From: an uncultured Gemmatimonadota bacterium
Lineage (GTDB): Bacteria; Gemmatimonadota; CAZMKB01; CAZNLH01
DNA length: 64,000 nt
Assembly: GCA_964573995.1 (NCBI GenBank)
Contig: CAZNLH010000001.1
Span: 112,810-176,809 of the forward strand
Direction of reading: 5' to 3'
Within the stretch, counting starts at the first letter, position 1, and each line of letters opens with the position of its first letter. The position numbers and the translations under genes were made by a program. This document shows, piece after piece, positions 1 through 8,563 of the stretch. The notes under the pieces are model-generated. The model had not been told where the DNA came from. It did no database searches and was given only the letters and a program-made list of their open reading frames with translations.

Positions 1-1748
1 ACCTCTTGATCGGTGAGGGGGGGGCCCTTGGGGATGTATCGATTCCCGAGAAAAAGGTAATGCCGGGAGACTCGGCCGTATCGACATTGACCTTCGATAC
101 GGTGACGATTCCCGGGGCTGCCGAGCCAGGGCGGTACCCGTTGACCTTGTTCCTGGATGGAACAACGGGGCATGGGGGGGTATTCCAGCAGGTATTGAGT
201 CTATCCGACAGCGTAACACTGGAGGCACCTCCAGAAATAAGTTACCTGCCCAATACACTTTCTAACAGGAATGTCAGTTCGGGCTATCCTCACTTCTTCA
301 CTCTGCGCCTGGCGAACGGCGGTGGATCGAGCTTGGATCTCGATCCCAACGGTTCGATCTTCTACTTCTCCGGCAGCGACACCTCATACTCGAGCCAACT
401 CTTTGGCCAGGGCGTATCCACAATAAACCCGGGGACCGACACCACCCTTACCTTTTCGCCTGCCGTGGTCCCCGGGTCCCTGGCTTCAGGCTCGTACCCT
501 GGTTTCGCCGTCCTCAGCGGAAATTTCAACGGCGTAAGTTACCTGGACACCTTGTCCGTGGATTCCATATATGTCGAGAGGCCGGCCACGCTCAGGGTAG
601 ACCTCCTGTCGGCCCCGGAAAAGGTATCACAGGGGGAGACGTTCTCCGTCAGCGCCATGCTCACAAATGAAGGAGAGGCCGGCGTTATCTCCAGCGGATC
701 GGTAACCTTGAGCGCTGAGGGGTTGGGTGTGCAGAATCCTACCTTGTCCTTTGGCCCTGCGCTCCCTGACACCGCGTCCTGGCAGGTCTCGGTGCCATCT
801 GGTATGAGCCCTGGTATTGTGGAGTTGTCGGTAAGCATTAGTGAAGCGCCCTTGGACGAGAATTCCGGATTGTCCGCCTTCCTTGCCCAGGAGACAGACA
901 ACTTTGCCCTCTCCGTCGTCGAGAGAAACCGGCTATCCCTTGAGCGAATGGATATCACGGATATTCCACCGCAGAACGTCTTCAAGGGCCAGAAGGGCGT
1001 CCCGATGCTCTACCTCCTATCCCGCAGCATGGGGGAAAAAGAGGGAGATATACGGCTGGACGATATCGTTATAAGAGTCGAAGAGCGTGGCGGAATTACG
1101 GTCTTAAATCCTGAGAATGTACTTGACAGGATCTATCTCGGTGGATCGGGGGGCGACAGTGTCATTGCTGAGGCTACCAGCCCGGTCCAGGGTGAATACA
1201 CCCTGTCACCGGCAAATGAATACCGAATCGGGAGTGATCCCGACACGCTTCGCTTCTTCGTGGATGTCTCCCCGAAGGCGAATGTGGTTACGTTTCAACT
1301 TATGATAAACGGGGCGGAAGCGGTCGATGCGGTCGACCTTTCCACCGGCCTGCCGGCCAACATTGTCGAGGGGAATTCGGAGGATCCATTGGGCGCACTC
1401 AGGAGTAATTTTACTGTCCTCAACCAGCAGGACTTCGCTGGGTCATTCAAGAATTACCCAAATCCCATGGGAAGCGGCGATGGATCCACGACCTTTGCCT
1501 ACTATCTCCAAGAGGAATCTAATGTTACAATCATGATATATACCCTGACCGGGTCCCTGGTAAAGAAGTTCCATTTCCCCGCAGGTCAGACCGGTGGCCG
1601 CGGTCCGAGTATCAACCAGGTCAGGTGGGACGGCTTGAACGGGAGGGGACGGTACGTGAATAACGGCGTTTATATATGTATCGCGACGGCCAGGACGCGG
1701 AGCGGAAAGACCTATACTACACGCCACAAACTCGCTGTGATGAGGTAG
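1..1748 (+). CDS. Large secreted surface protein carrying a C-terminal T9SS type-A sorting domain (FlgD-Ig-like). The 5' end lies outside the window.
   Basis: The ORF runs from the window edge. The last ~90 aa ('NYPNPMGSGDGSTTFAYYLQEESNVTIMIYTLTGSLVKKF...VRWDGLNGRGRYVNNGVYICIA...KLAVMR') match the Por/T9SS C-terminal sorting-domain pattern. The upstream part has repeated ~130-aa Ser/Thr/Gly-rich beta-type modules. Confidence 0.6.
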   Translation, partial: LLIGEGGALGDVSIPEKKVMPGDSAVSTLTFDTVTIPGAAEPGRYPLTLFLDGTTGHGGVFQQVLSLSDSVTLEAPPEISYLPNTLSNRNVSSGYPHFFTLRLANGGGSSLDLDPNGSIFYFSGSDTSYSSQLFGQGVSTINPGTDTTLTFSPAVVPGSLASGSYPGFAVLSGNFNGVSYLDTLSVDSIYVERPATLRVDLLSAPEKVSQGETFSVSAMLTNEGEAGVISSGSVTLSAEGLGVQNPTLSFGPALPDTASWQVSVPSGMSPGIVELSVSISEAPLDENSGLSAFLAQETDNFALSVVERNRLSLERMDITDIPPQNVFKGQKGVPMLYLLSRSMGEKEGDIRLDDIVIRVEERGGITVLNPENVLDRIYLGGSGGDSVIAEATSPVQGEYTLSPANEYRIGSDPDTLRFFVDVSPKANVVTFQLMINGAEAVDAVDLSTGLPANIVEGNSEDPLGALRSNFTVLNQQDFAGSFKNYPNPMGSGDGSTTFAYYLQEESNVTIMIYTLTGSLVKKFHFPAGQTGGRGPSINQVRWDGLNGRGRYVNNGVYICIATARTRSGKTYTTRHKLAVMR

Positions 1749-1753
1749 CATCA

Positions 1754-3625
1754 ATGTCTTCAGGTACGTACATCAAACGCTTGTTCTTACCTGTGATCCT
1801 CATGTCCCTTTCATGGTGGGGCCTGCTCATCGCAGATCCAGCGGAGGACGGGGGCACCGAGGGACTATTCTCCTACGGGGCCGGTTCCCGCGCCATTGGG
1901 CTCGGGGGGGCCGGCACGGCCGAACCGGCTGATTACACTGCAATCTACTGGAATCCCGCCTATCTCGATTTCGTACCCAGGATGACGGCGGGTTTCTTCC
2001 ATACATCCTTTGTCGAAGGTACACCGTATGACTTTGCCTCATTTACCTTCCCGACGCTGCGCATGGGGACGTTCAGTGGAGGACTCTTCCGTATCTCTAC
2101 CGGGGGGATTACGAGATACGACGAGTATGGCGTGCCGGGAGGGTCTTTCTCCTTCTCTCAGGAGGAATTCCTGCTCGGATACGGTAAGAAGGTCATCAAG
2201 GGGGGGAGCGCCGGTGTCCTCCTGAAGGTCGATCACCAGGCCATGCTCACCAATAACGCAACCGGGGTCGGATTCGATGCGGCCTTCTCCTATAACCTCG
2301 GGGTGGATTCTCCCTACCTCTCTTCAATCCGGACAGGTATCGTCTTCAGGAATTTGATCTCTCCGTCGTTGAAACTGGTGTCTCGATCAAATACCCTTCC
2401 AAAGTCCATAGTCGTCGGACTTGGAACAACGATTAATCTGACACACTCCCATCGGATTACGCCACTCTTCGACCTTGAAAAAATGAGTTATCATTTCTGG
2501 CAGATGAAACTTGGAATTGAATACAACTACCTTAACTATATATCTTTCAGGGGAGGTTTCAATCAGTTGGCAAGGTCATTCGGCTTCGGTTTGAGCCTGA
2601 AGAACGGGGTGGGCTTCGATTATGCCTTGAGAGATGCGGACCTCCTTACCCAACACCTCTTTTCAGTAAAGTACTCCTTCGGTCTTTCGAGAGATGAAAA
2701 AGTTGCGCAAGAGAAGCGAATGGAAGAAGAGCGGGTTGCGCGTGAGGTGAAGGAGAACTTTCAGGCGAGAAAGAGAGAAGAGATCAAGAAACACACTCAG
2801 AAAGCGCAGGACTATCTCGCGGGAAAAGATTATTTCTCCGCGCTAAGTGAATGGCAACAGGTACTGGCGTGGGATGAAAACAATGAACTGGCCAGGACGA
2901 CAATCGAGAAGATTTCCACTATACTAGATGACCTGCAGAAGGAGCGGGACCTTGACGCTGCGACTCGGGTGGCCAGCCGGGAACTATTCGATGTTGGTAT
3001 CAAGTATTATACTGAGAAGCGTTATCCAGAGGCGATATCATCATGGGAGCGGGTACTCGAGATCGACCCGGACCACTCGCTTTCGAAGGAGTATATCGAG
3101 CGGGCCAGGGAAGAAGTGAGGAACCTGGTTCATGCCCAGACCGACAGGGCAAATCGGCTGATACAGGCGGGCGACTACACCGCGGCATTAAATGATTATC
3201 ATGTAGCCCTTAGATATGACCCGCAAAACCTGGCGGTGTTAAAGGGAATCAAGAGGGCACAAGACCTCATACGCTCCAATGAGTCTTTCCGTGAAGGCCT
3301 GACCTACTATCTTAACAATGATTATGAAGGAGCGGAAAAGGCACTCAGACGCGCGCTGGAACTCAACCCTAACAACTTGATGGTGAAGGATTACCTCTCT
3401 GAGATCGATGCACGGAGGCAGGGGAAAACCGGTGAACTTCGTCCGGAACTTGAGAAGGATTACCTGAAGGGTGTCGATCTGTATCTCCAGGGGAAGTATT
3501 CGGAAGCCATCAAGATATGGGAAGGCGTATTGAGGGAAGACCCCTACAACCAACGGGTGACGAGGAACATAGAGGCGGCCAACGAGCGCCTGATGACCAT
3601 TAAAGAGATCGGATCGAAAAAATGA
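1754..3625 (+). CDS. Outer-membrane FadL/PorV-like beta-barrel fused to a C-terminal multi-TPR domain.
   Basis: ATG at 1754 follows a GGAGG-like RBS. The protein starts with a signal peptide ('MSSGTYIKRLFLPVILMSLSWWGLLIA'). Its N-terminal hatch motif 'GSRAIGLGGAGTAEPADYTAIYWNPAYL' resembles the FadL/PorV family 'GRA.SG.GA...D....RNPAL' motif. A coiled-coil linker follows, then ~8 TPR-like repeats ('YFSALSEWQQVLAWDENNELA', 'YPEAISSWERVLEIDPDH', and others). Confidence 0.55.
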   Translation: MSSGTYIKRLFLPVILMSLSWWGLLIADPAEDGGTEGLFSYGAGSRAIGLGGAGTAEPADYTAIYWNPAYLDFVPRMTAGFFHTSFVEGTPYDFASFTFPTLRMGTFSGGLFRISTGGITRYDEYGVPGGSFSFSQEEFLLGYGKKVIKGGSAGVLLKVDHQAMLTNNATGVGFDAAFSYNLGVDSPYLSSIRTGIVFRNLISPSLKLVSRSNTLPKSIVVGLGTTINLTHSHRITPLFDLEKMSYHFWQMKLGIEYNYLNYISFRGGFNQLARSFGFGLSLKNGVGFDYALRDADLLTQHLFSVKYSFGLSRDEKVAQEKRMEEERVAREVKENFQARKREEIKKHTQKAQDYLAGKDYFSALSEWQQVLAWDENNELARTTIEKISTILDDLQKERDLDAATRVASRELFDVGIKYYTEKRYPEAISSWERVLEIDPDHSLSKEYIERAREEVRNLVHAQTDRANRLIQAGDYTAALNDYHVALRYDPQNLAVLKGIKRAQDLIRSNESFREGLTYYLNNDYEGAEKALRRALELNPNNLMVKDYLSEIDARRQGKTGELRPELEKDYLKGVDLYLQGKYSEAIKIWEGVLREDPYNQRVTRNIEAANERLMTIKEIGSKK

Positions 3626-3643
3626 TTCCCGGAAGGGCATAAC

Positions 3644-6600
3644 GTGGCACTTGTCAAATCAAATCGCCGAAAACTGAGAATACCAGCAGATGAATCATAC
3701 CTCGCCGAGGTTCGGGATTTCATAACGGAGATCGCCCGTTCAATAGGCTTCGAGACGAAGGATGTCAGCAGCATCAAACTGGCGGTCGACGAAGGGTGTA
3801 CCAATATCATCCGTCATGCCTACAGGGACATCCCCAACGGCGTAATCGAAATCCTTGCCGTCATCAAGCAGCGTGCCCTCTCGATCGTCCTCATCGATCA
3901 TGGAAAGAGTTTCGATTTCAAGAAGGCAAGCGATCCAAACCTCCAGACCTATATGAAGATAGGTAAAAAGGGCGGCCTCGGAATATTCCTTATGAAGAAG
4001 TTGATGGATGAGGTTGAATACCATGTTACCAATCGGGGCAATGAGTTATGGCTCACAAAGCGAAAGTCCATGGAGAGAGAGTACTTCCTCGGATTCCTGC
4101 CCAAAAGGTTGTCCCTGAAGACCAAGGTTACCTCCCTGGTATCGTTTATCTTCAGTGCGGCGGTACTTGGAGGGGTCGGTTACCTGTACAGGGCCCAGGA
4201 GTCAGAGGTAGAGTCCAGGATATTTTCTCAGGGTATTGAAATCGTCCGCAACCTGTCGCTCAATTCCTGGGTCGATCTCAGCCAGGACAATGACCTCAAC
4301 CTCGCCTCTCAGGTCAAGAACGTAGCCCAGGAGAGCCCTCTGGTTTCAGAGGCGTTTATCACGGATATGAATAATAAGATCTGGGCCCATTCGGACATAC
4401 GAAAGACCTTTTCTACGTACCTGCCGCCGCGTCACATCGAATTGATCGGGAACCCCGATCACCAGACGGCCATCTTCTCTTATACTCTGCCAAAGGGAAA
4501 GCGGCTCGTGCAGATATCCACGCCGATTCGCGTAGAGGGCCCTGATGGACAAGACAAGCAGATGGTCATAGGTAAGGCGAATATAGTCATCCCGCGCGAC
4601 GCCATCGACAACCTCGTTTCGGAGGCTCAGAGAAGGCTCAAGATAATCGCCATTCTCCTCATTGCATTCGGCAACATGGGTATCTTCGCGCTTTCCTATC
4701 TATTGATGAAACCCTTTCAGCGACTTGCATCATGGGTCAGGGGCATGGGGGAGGGGAGCATGGAGGAAGCGCTCGTTCTCGACACGAACGATGAGATGGG
4801 AGAGATCGCCGAGGCCTTTAACGACATGGCATACAAGTTCAGGAAGGCGCAGGGGAGCCTTGTTGAAAAGGAGCGCCTCCAGCAAGAGGTCCTCGTGGCG
4901 CAGGAGATCCAGCACATGCTGCTTCCGCGCTCCTTTCCCAGCGTAGAGGGCTTCGATATCGCATCCTTCTACCGGGCGGCCAAGGAGGTTGGAGGTGACT
5001 ACTTCGACTTCGTTTGGGTCGACCCCGATACCCTCGGACTCGTCGTAGCCGATGTCTCGGGAAAGGGTGTCCCGGGCTCTCTTGTAATGACCATGATTCG
5101 TACTACATTGCGCCTGGAGGCAAGAGGGAACAAGTCGGCCTCCGATGTCCTGTCGAATGTCAATCGGTTTGTATCCGACGACATCAAGAAGGGGATGTTC
5201 GTGACGATGTTCTATATCATTCTCGACTCGAGGAGAAGGAAGATAGACTTTGCCAGTGCAGGACACAATCCACTCATTCTCTATCGTAACAAGACGAAAA
5301 AATCCTATTATCTCAACCCGGAAGGGTTCCCTGTCGGCATCTCTATGCAGAACAAGAGGTTGTTCGATGAATCGATTCACTCCGACTTCCTGCACTTGTC
5401 ACAGGGGGACCTCCTGATTGCTTATACAGACGGGCTGACGGAGGCAATGAACTCGGAGCGAGAACAGTTCGGCGAAGAGCGTTTCCTGGAATCCATACGA
5501 AGGTATGCCGGTCTGCCTGTGAATGAATTCGTAGAGAATATCAGGAAAGATGTCCAGGAATTCACGCAGGGTTTTCCACAGAATGACGACATTACCCTTG
5601 TCGCGATCCAGGAAAAACTGCAGGCTGATTCTCACCTTATGCAGATCAGGACCAGGCTGATAAATCTCGTGGAAAAGGATGGGGTGAGCGTAAAAGAGGC
5701 CTGCCGCAGGATGCGCGTATCACCCTCCACCTATTACCGGTACAAGAAGAGGTGGGAGGAAGAAGGTCTTGAGGGCCTCAGGAACCGGGTTGAGCGTGAC
5801 CACATTGCAGAGCGCCACATCAGTATTGAAGATAGAGCCAAGATCATGGATATCATGCAGAAGCATCCGGAATACGGTGCGAAGAGGATATGCCAGGAAT
5901 TGAATATAGAAGCATACGGGTTCACGAAGATTCCAGAGACCAGGATTTACGAGGAACTGAAGAAATTGAACCTCAACACGGAGGAACTGAGAAGACGTCA
6001 CGTTGAGAAGGGACATTCGAGTACAAAGAGATTGAAACCTCCCGGGACTCCGCTCCTCACAATTGAGGGGAAGGTGATCGATACCGGTGAACTCGACGGG
6101 GTTTACAAATCGCATGTATCCGGAGAGGGGGAGAAGAAGAGCATGAAAGGCCTGCCGCCCATGATGGACTGGGACATGGAACAACCAAAGGATGTCATCG
6201 CCACCAATCTCCCGAAGGATTCGGGAAGTCCGGGCGTGGACGGGCGGAAGGATCGTTGGAAGAAGAATGGAATCAAGAGAATTCCCCCGAAGAGCCCGCT
6301 CTGGCCTTCCGTGGAACAAAGGGTCAAGGCAGGTAAACTCGGAATTACAAGCCAAGGTCAGAGCGCTTCGGTGAGTGTAAGCCTTCCATCTCATCCCATT
6401 CACCCCGCGGTACGATCGCTTCCACTGATCATTCATCACCATAGAGAACTCGGCGATTTCATCAGAAAAGAGGTTGACCGTACGGTGAGCCTGCGCAAGA
6501 AGATCTTGCTCCTCGACTGCTCGAGTTTAGACCAGGATTGCCGTATCCTGTGGAAGGAAGTAGTCGACATTGTGGAGGATTTCAGGAACAGGGGAGGAGA

Positions 6601-6727
6601 CATCTTCCTGTGGAATCTTACGGGCCGGCATTTGGATAATTACAACGCTAATGGAATAGACAAGAAGGTCGTTCATATCACCTCGATTCAGGACTTGAGG
6701 GATCGACTGAGGTTTCTCAGGTTATAA
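3644..6727 (+). CDS. Single-polypeptide partner-switching regulator. Domain order: RsbW/SpoIIAB-like HATPase kinase, TM, extracytoplasmic sensor, TM, HAMP, PP2C (SpoIIE/RsbU) phosphatase, transposase-like HTH pair, C-terminal STAS-like domain.
   Basis: GTG start with RBS 'ggaaggg'. The N-terminus ('LAVDEGCTNIIRHAY...GGLGIFLMKKLMDEVEY') is RsbW-like. Two TM segments flank a ~170-aa sensor region. HAMP: 'ASWVRGMGEGSMEE...EMGEIAEAFNDMAYKF'. PP2C: 'GGDYFDF...VADVSGKGVPGSL...AGHNPLILY...DGLTEAMN...NDDITLVAIQ'. HTH: 'VSVKEACRRMRVSPSTYYRYKKRWEEEGLEGL' followed by 'RAKIMDIMQKHPEYGAKRICQELN'. The C-terminus ('KILLLDCSSLDQ...RNRGGDIFLWNLT') aligns with the STAS protein at 9869 ('LIIDLEDVDYISSAG...RKKGGDIKLARMT'). 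Confidence 0.75.
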   Translation: MALVKSNRRKLRIPADESYLAEVRDFITEIARSIGFETKDVSSIKLAVDEGCTNIIRHAYRDIPNGVIEILAVIKQRALSIVLIDHGKSFDFKKASDPNLQTYMKIGKKGGLGIFLMKKLMDEVEYHVTNRGNELWLTKRKSMEREYFLGFLPKRLSLKTKVTSLVSFIFSAAVLGGVGYLYRAQESEVESRIFSQGIEIVRNLSLNSWVDLSQDNDLNLASQVKNVAQESPLVSEAFITDMNNKIWAHSDIRKTFSTYLPPRHIELIGNPDHQTAIFSYTLPKGKRLVQISTPIRVEGPDGQDKQMVIGKANIVIPRDAIDNLVSEAQRRLKIIAILLIAFGNMGIFALSYLLMKPFQRLASWVRGMGEGSMEEALVLDTNDEMGEIAEAFNDMAYKFRKAQGSLVEKERLQQEVLVAQEIQHMLLPRSFPSVEGFDIASFYRAAKEVGGDYFDFVWVDPDTLGLVVADVSGKGVPGSLVMTMIRTTLRLEARGNKSASDVLSNVNRFVSDDIKKGMFVTMFYIILDSRRRKIDFASAGHNPLILYRNKTKKSYYLNPEGFPVGISMQNKRLFDESIHSDFLHLSQGDLLIAYTDGLTEAMNSEREQFGEERFLESIRRYAGLPVNEFVENIRKDVQEFTQGFPQNDDITLVAIQEKLQADSHLMQIRTRLINLVEKDGVSVKEACRRMRVSPSTYYRYKKRWEEEGLEGLRNRVERDHIAERHISIEDRAKIMDIMQKHPEYGAKRICQELNIEAYGFTKIPETRIYEELKKLNLNTEELRRRHVEKGHSSTKRLKPPGTPLLTIEGKVIDTGELDGVYKSHVSGEGEKKSMKGLPPMMDWDMEQPKDVIATNLPKDSGSPGVDGRKDRWKKNGIKRIPPKSPLWPSVEQRVKAGKLGITSQGQSASVSVSLPSHPIHPAVRSLPLIIHHHRELGDFIRKEVDRTVSLRKKILLLDCSSLDQDCRILWKEVVDIVEDFRNRGGDIFLWNLTGRHLDNYNANGIDKKVVHITSIQDLRDRLRFLRL

Positions 6728-6802
6728 TCGTGCCTTGACAGGAGACGGCATGCAACAGCATATTTACGCCCGTTGGAGTATTATGACGAATCTGAGGGTC
6801 TA

Positions 6803-7405
6803 ATGAAGAGCGGAAATATCGAGGGCATTATAAGGACCTCTCTTGAGGAAGCTATCCGTGTCAAGAGAGAGATGATCAACGTAATGTCCCCGGCTATCAT
6901 GGAGGCCGTTGAGATGCTGGCTGCCTGCATCGGGGAGAATCACAGGGTTTACTTGATGGGCAATGGAGGAAGTGCCTCGCAGGCGCAGCATATGGCCGCG
7001 GAGTTGATAGGTCGATTCGAACTGGAGAGTTCGCCCCTGCCAGCTGTTGCCCTTACTGCAGATTCATCCGTGTTGACCGCCTTGGGCAATGACTATGGAT
7101 ATCAGGATATATTTGCCCGTCAGGTCGATGCACTTGTCTCGAGCGGTGACGTGGTGGTTTGCTTCAGCACGAGCGGGGCCTCTGAGAATGTGATTCGCGG
7201 CGCGGAGAGGGCAAAGGCCAAGGGCGCACGCGTGATCGGCTTCCTCGGCACGGGAGAAAGCCCCCTTTCCAAGGTCGTCGACCTTGGTCTTCACGTCCCC
7301 TCTGCACGTGCAGGCCGGGTTCAGGAGGGGCACATCACGCTCGTCCACGTCATCTGCGAGGCACTCGAAAGACTACCATTGAAGACGAGGAAGAATGGTG
7401 CTTAA
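6803..7405 (+). CDS. gmhA: D-sedoheptulose-7-phosphate isomerase (phosphoheptose isomerase, SIS domain).
   Basis: 'VYLMGNGGSASQAQHMAAELIGRF...VCFSTSGASENVI' matches the GmhA SIS motifs. ATG at 6803 follows RBS 'gaggg' and aligns with the E. coli GmhA N-terminus. Confidence 0.85.
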   Translation: MKSGNIEGIIRTSLEEAIRVKREMINVMSPAIMEAVEMLAACIGENHRVYLMGNGGSASQAQHMAAELIGRFELESSPLPAVALTADSSVLTALGNDYGYQDIFARQVDALVSSGDVVVCFSTSGASENVIRGAERAKAKGARVIGFLGTGESPLSKVVDLGLHVPSARAGRVQEGHITLVHVICEALERLPLKTRKNGA

Positions 7406-8267
7406 ACTTCTTGAATCGATGCGGCCGAAGCAGTGGGTCAAGAACGGCTTCGTCTTCACCGCTCTTATCTTTTCAAAGAATGTCTTTGAGCCTGTCCTCT
7501 TTTTCCGTGTCACCGTCGCCTTCGTAGTATTCTGCCTGATCTCAGGCGTAGTTTACATCATCAACGATGTCTTTGATCTCGAGCGCGATAGGCTTCATCC
7601 ATCAAAAAGGGATCGCCCTATCGCCTCCGGAGACCTGAGCGTCCCCGTTGCCGTCACATTCGCGCTGAGTCTCCTCCTGATCATTTTGGCAAGCGTTTTT
7701 TTTATCTCGGTGAGGCTCTGCTTGATTCTCCTTGCATATTTCATATTGAACCTGGCCTATTCAATGAAACTCAAGGAGATAGTCCTGCTCGATGTCTTCT
7801 CGATTGCAGCGGGGTTCGTCATCCGAGTATTCTCGGGTGCCCTGGTCATTCAGGTGTCGATATCATCCTGGCTTATTGTATGTACCATTCTTCTCTCGCT
7901 CTTCCTCGCCTTTTCAAAGAGAAGGCACGAAATAGTGATTCTCGAGGGCTATGCCGTTGACCATCGGAAAATATTGTCAGAGTACAGTACGACTTTCCTT
8001 GATCAGATGATCTCGGTTGTAACTGCGTCAACGGTCATATCGTATGCACTCTACACTATGTCTGAAGAGACGGTAGCGAAATTCCACACTCAGAAGTTGA
8101 TATACACGGTTCCCTTCGTACTATACGGGATCTTTCGTTACTTGTACCTGATTCACCAGAAGAGCGGGGGGGGTGATCCGACGGCGCATCTCTTAACCGA
8201 TGTGCCGTTGATTGTCAACATTATGCTGTGGATAACCATTTCGGCGGCAATCATTTACAGGCCTTAA
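7395..8267 (+). CDS. UbiA-family prenyltransferase resembling decaprenyl-phosphate phosphoribosyltransferase (DPPR synthase-like).
   Basis: Polytopic membrane protein. The 'MRPKQWVKNGFVF' start region and the Asp-rich 'NDVFDLERDRLHPSKRDRPIASG' motif are typical of the UbiA superfamily DPPR-synthase subgroup. RBS 'gaggaag'; overlaps the gmhA stop. Confidence 0.6.
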   Translation: MVLKLLESMRPKQWVKNGFVFTALIFSKNVFEPVLFFRVTVAFVVFCLISGVVYIINDVFDLERDRLHPSKRDRPIASGDLSVPVAVTFALSLLLIILASVFFISVRLCLILLAYFILNLAYSMKLKEIVLLDVFSIAAGFVIRVFSGALVIQVSISSWLIVCTILLSLFLAFSKRRHEIVILEGYAVDHRKILSEYSTTFLDQMISVVTASTVISYALYTMSEETVAKFHTQKLIYTVPFVLYGIFRYLYLIHQKSGGGDPTAHLLTDVPLIVNIMLWITISAAIIYRP

Positions 8268-8563
8268 ACAAAACAAGGGATCCCAAACGCATTGAACCTG
8301 GTCAGCCCTGAGATCGCTGGTCCTCGATTGTGGAAATCCCCGTTATTCAGGTGACCCGGAAAGACCTCTATAGATATTCTTCCGGAAAGGGCGCGGGTCC
8401 TGTAGCCGATTACCCCGCCCGTGCTCGTTAAGACTACATGGGCGGCAAGGGCCCCATCGGTGCCGCCCGAGCGAAAAGGCAAGGGACTCCCAGGGCAGGA
8501 CATTAGCAAAGGAAGGCCTTAGGTAAGGCCAGCAGAGACATAAGAGAAAGGAAGCAAGACCTG

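Noticed and set aside
4730-5395. 221-aa ORF on the minus strand inside the partner-switching gene
   Set aside because: It is wholly antisense to a well-supported multi-domain CDS. It has no recognisable domains and shows the Arg/Pro-rich composition typical of a GC-rich antisense frame.
5680-6450. Possible inserted IS element, suggested by the transposase-like HTH
   Set aside because: No DDE or other catalytic transposase domain, no terminal inverted repeats, and no flanking direct repeats were seen. The HTH is in frame within a continuous 1027-codon ORF, so it is interpreted as an exapted domain rather than a mobile element.
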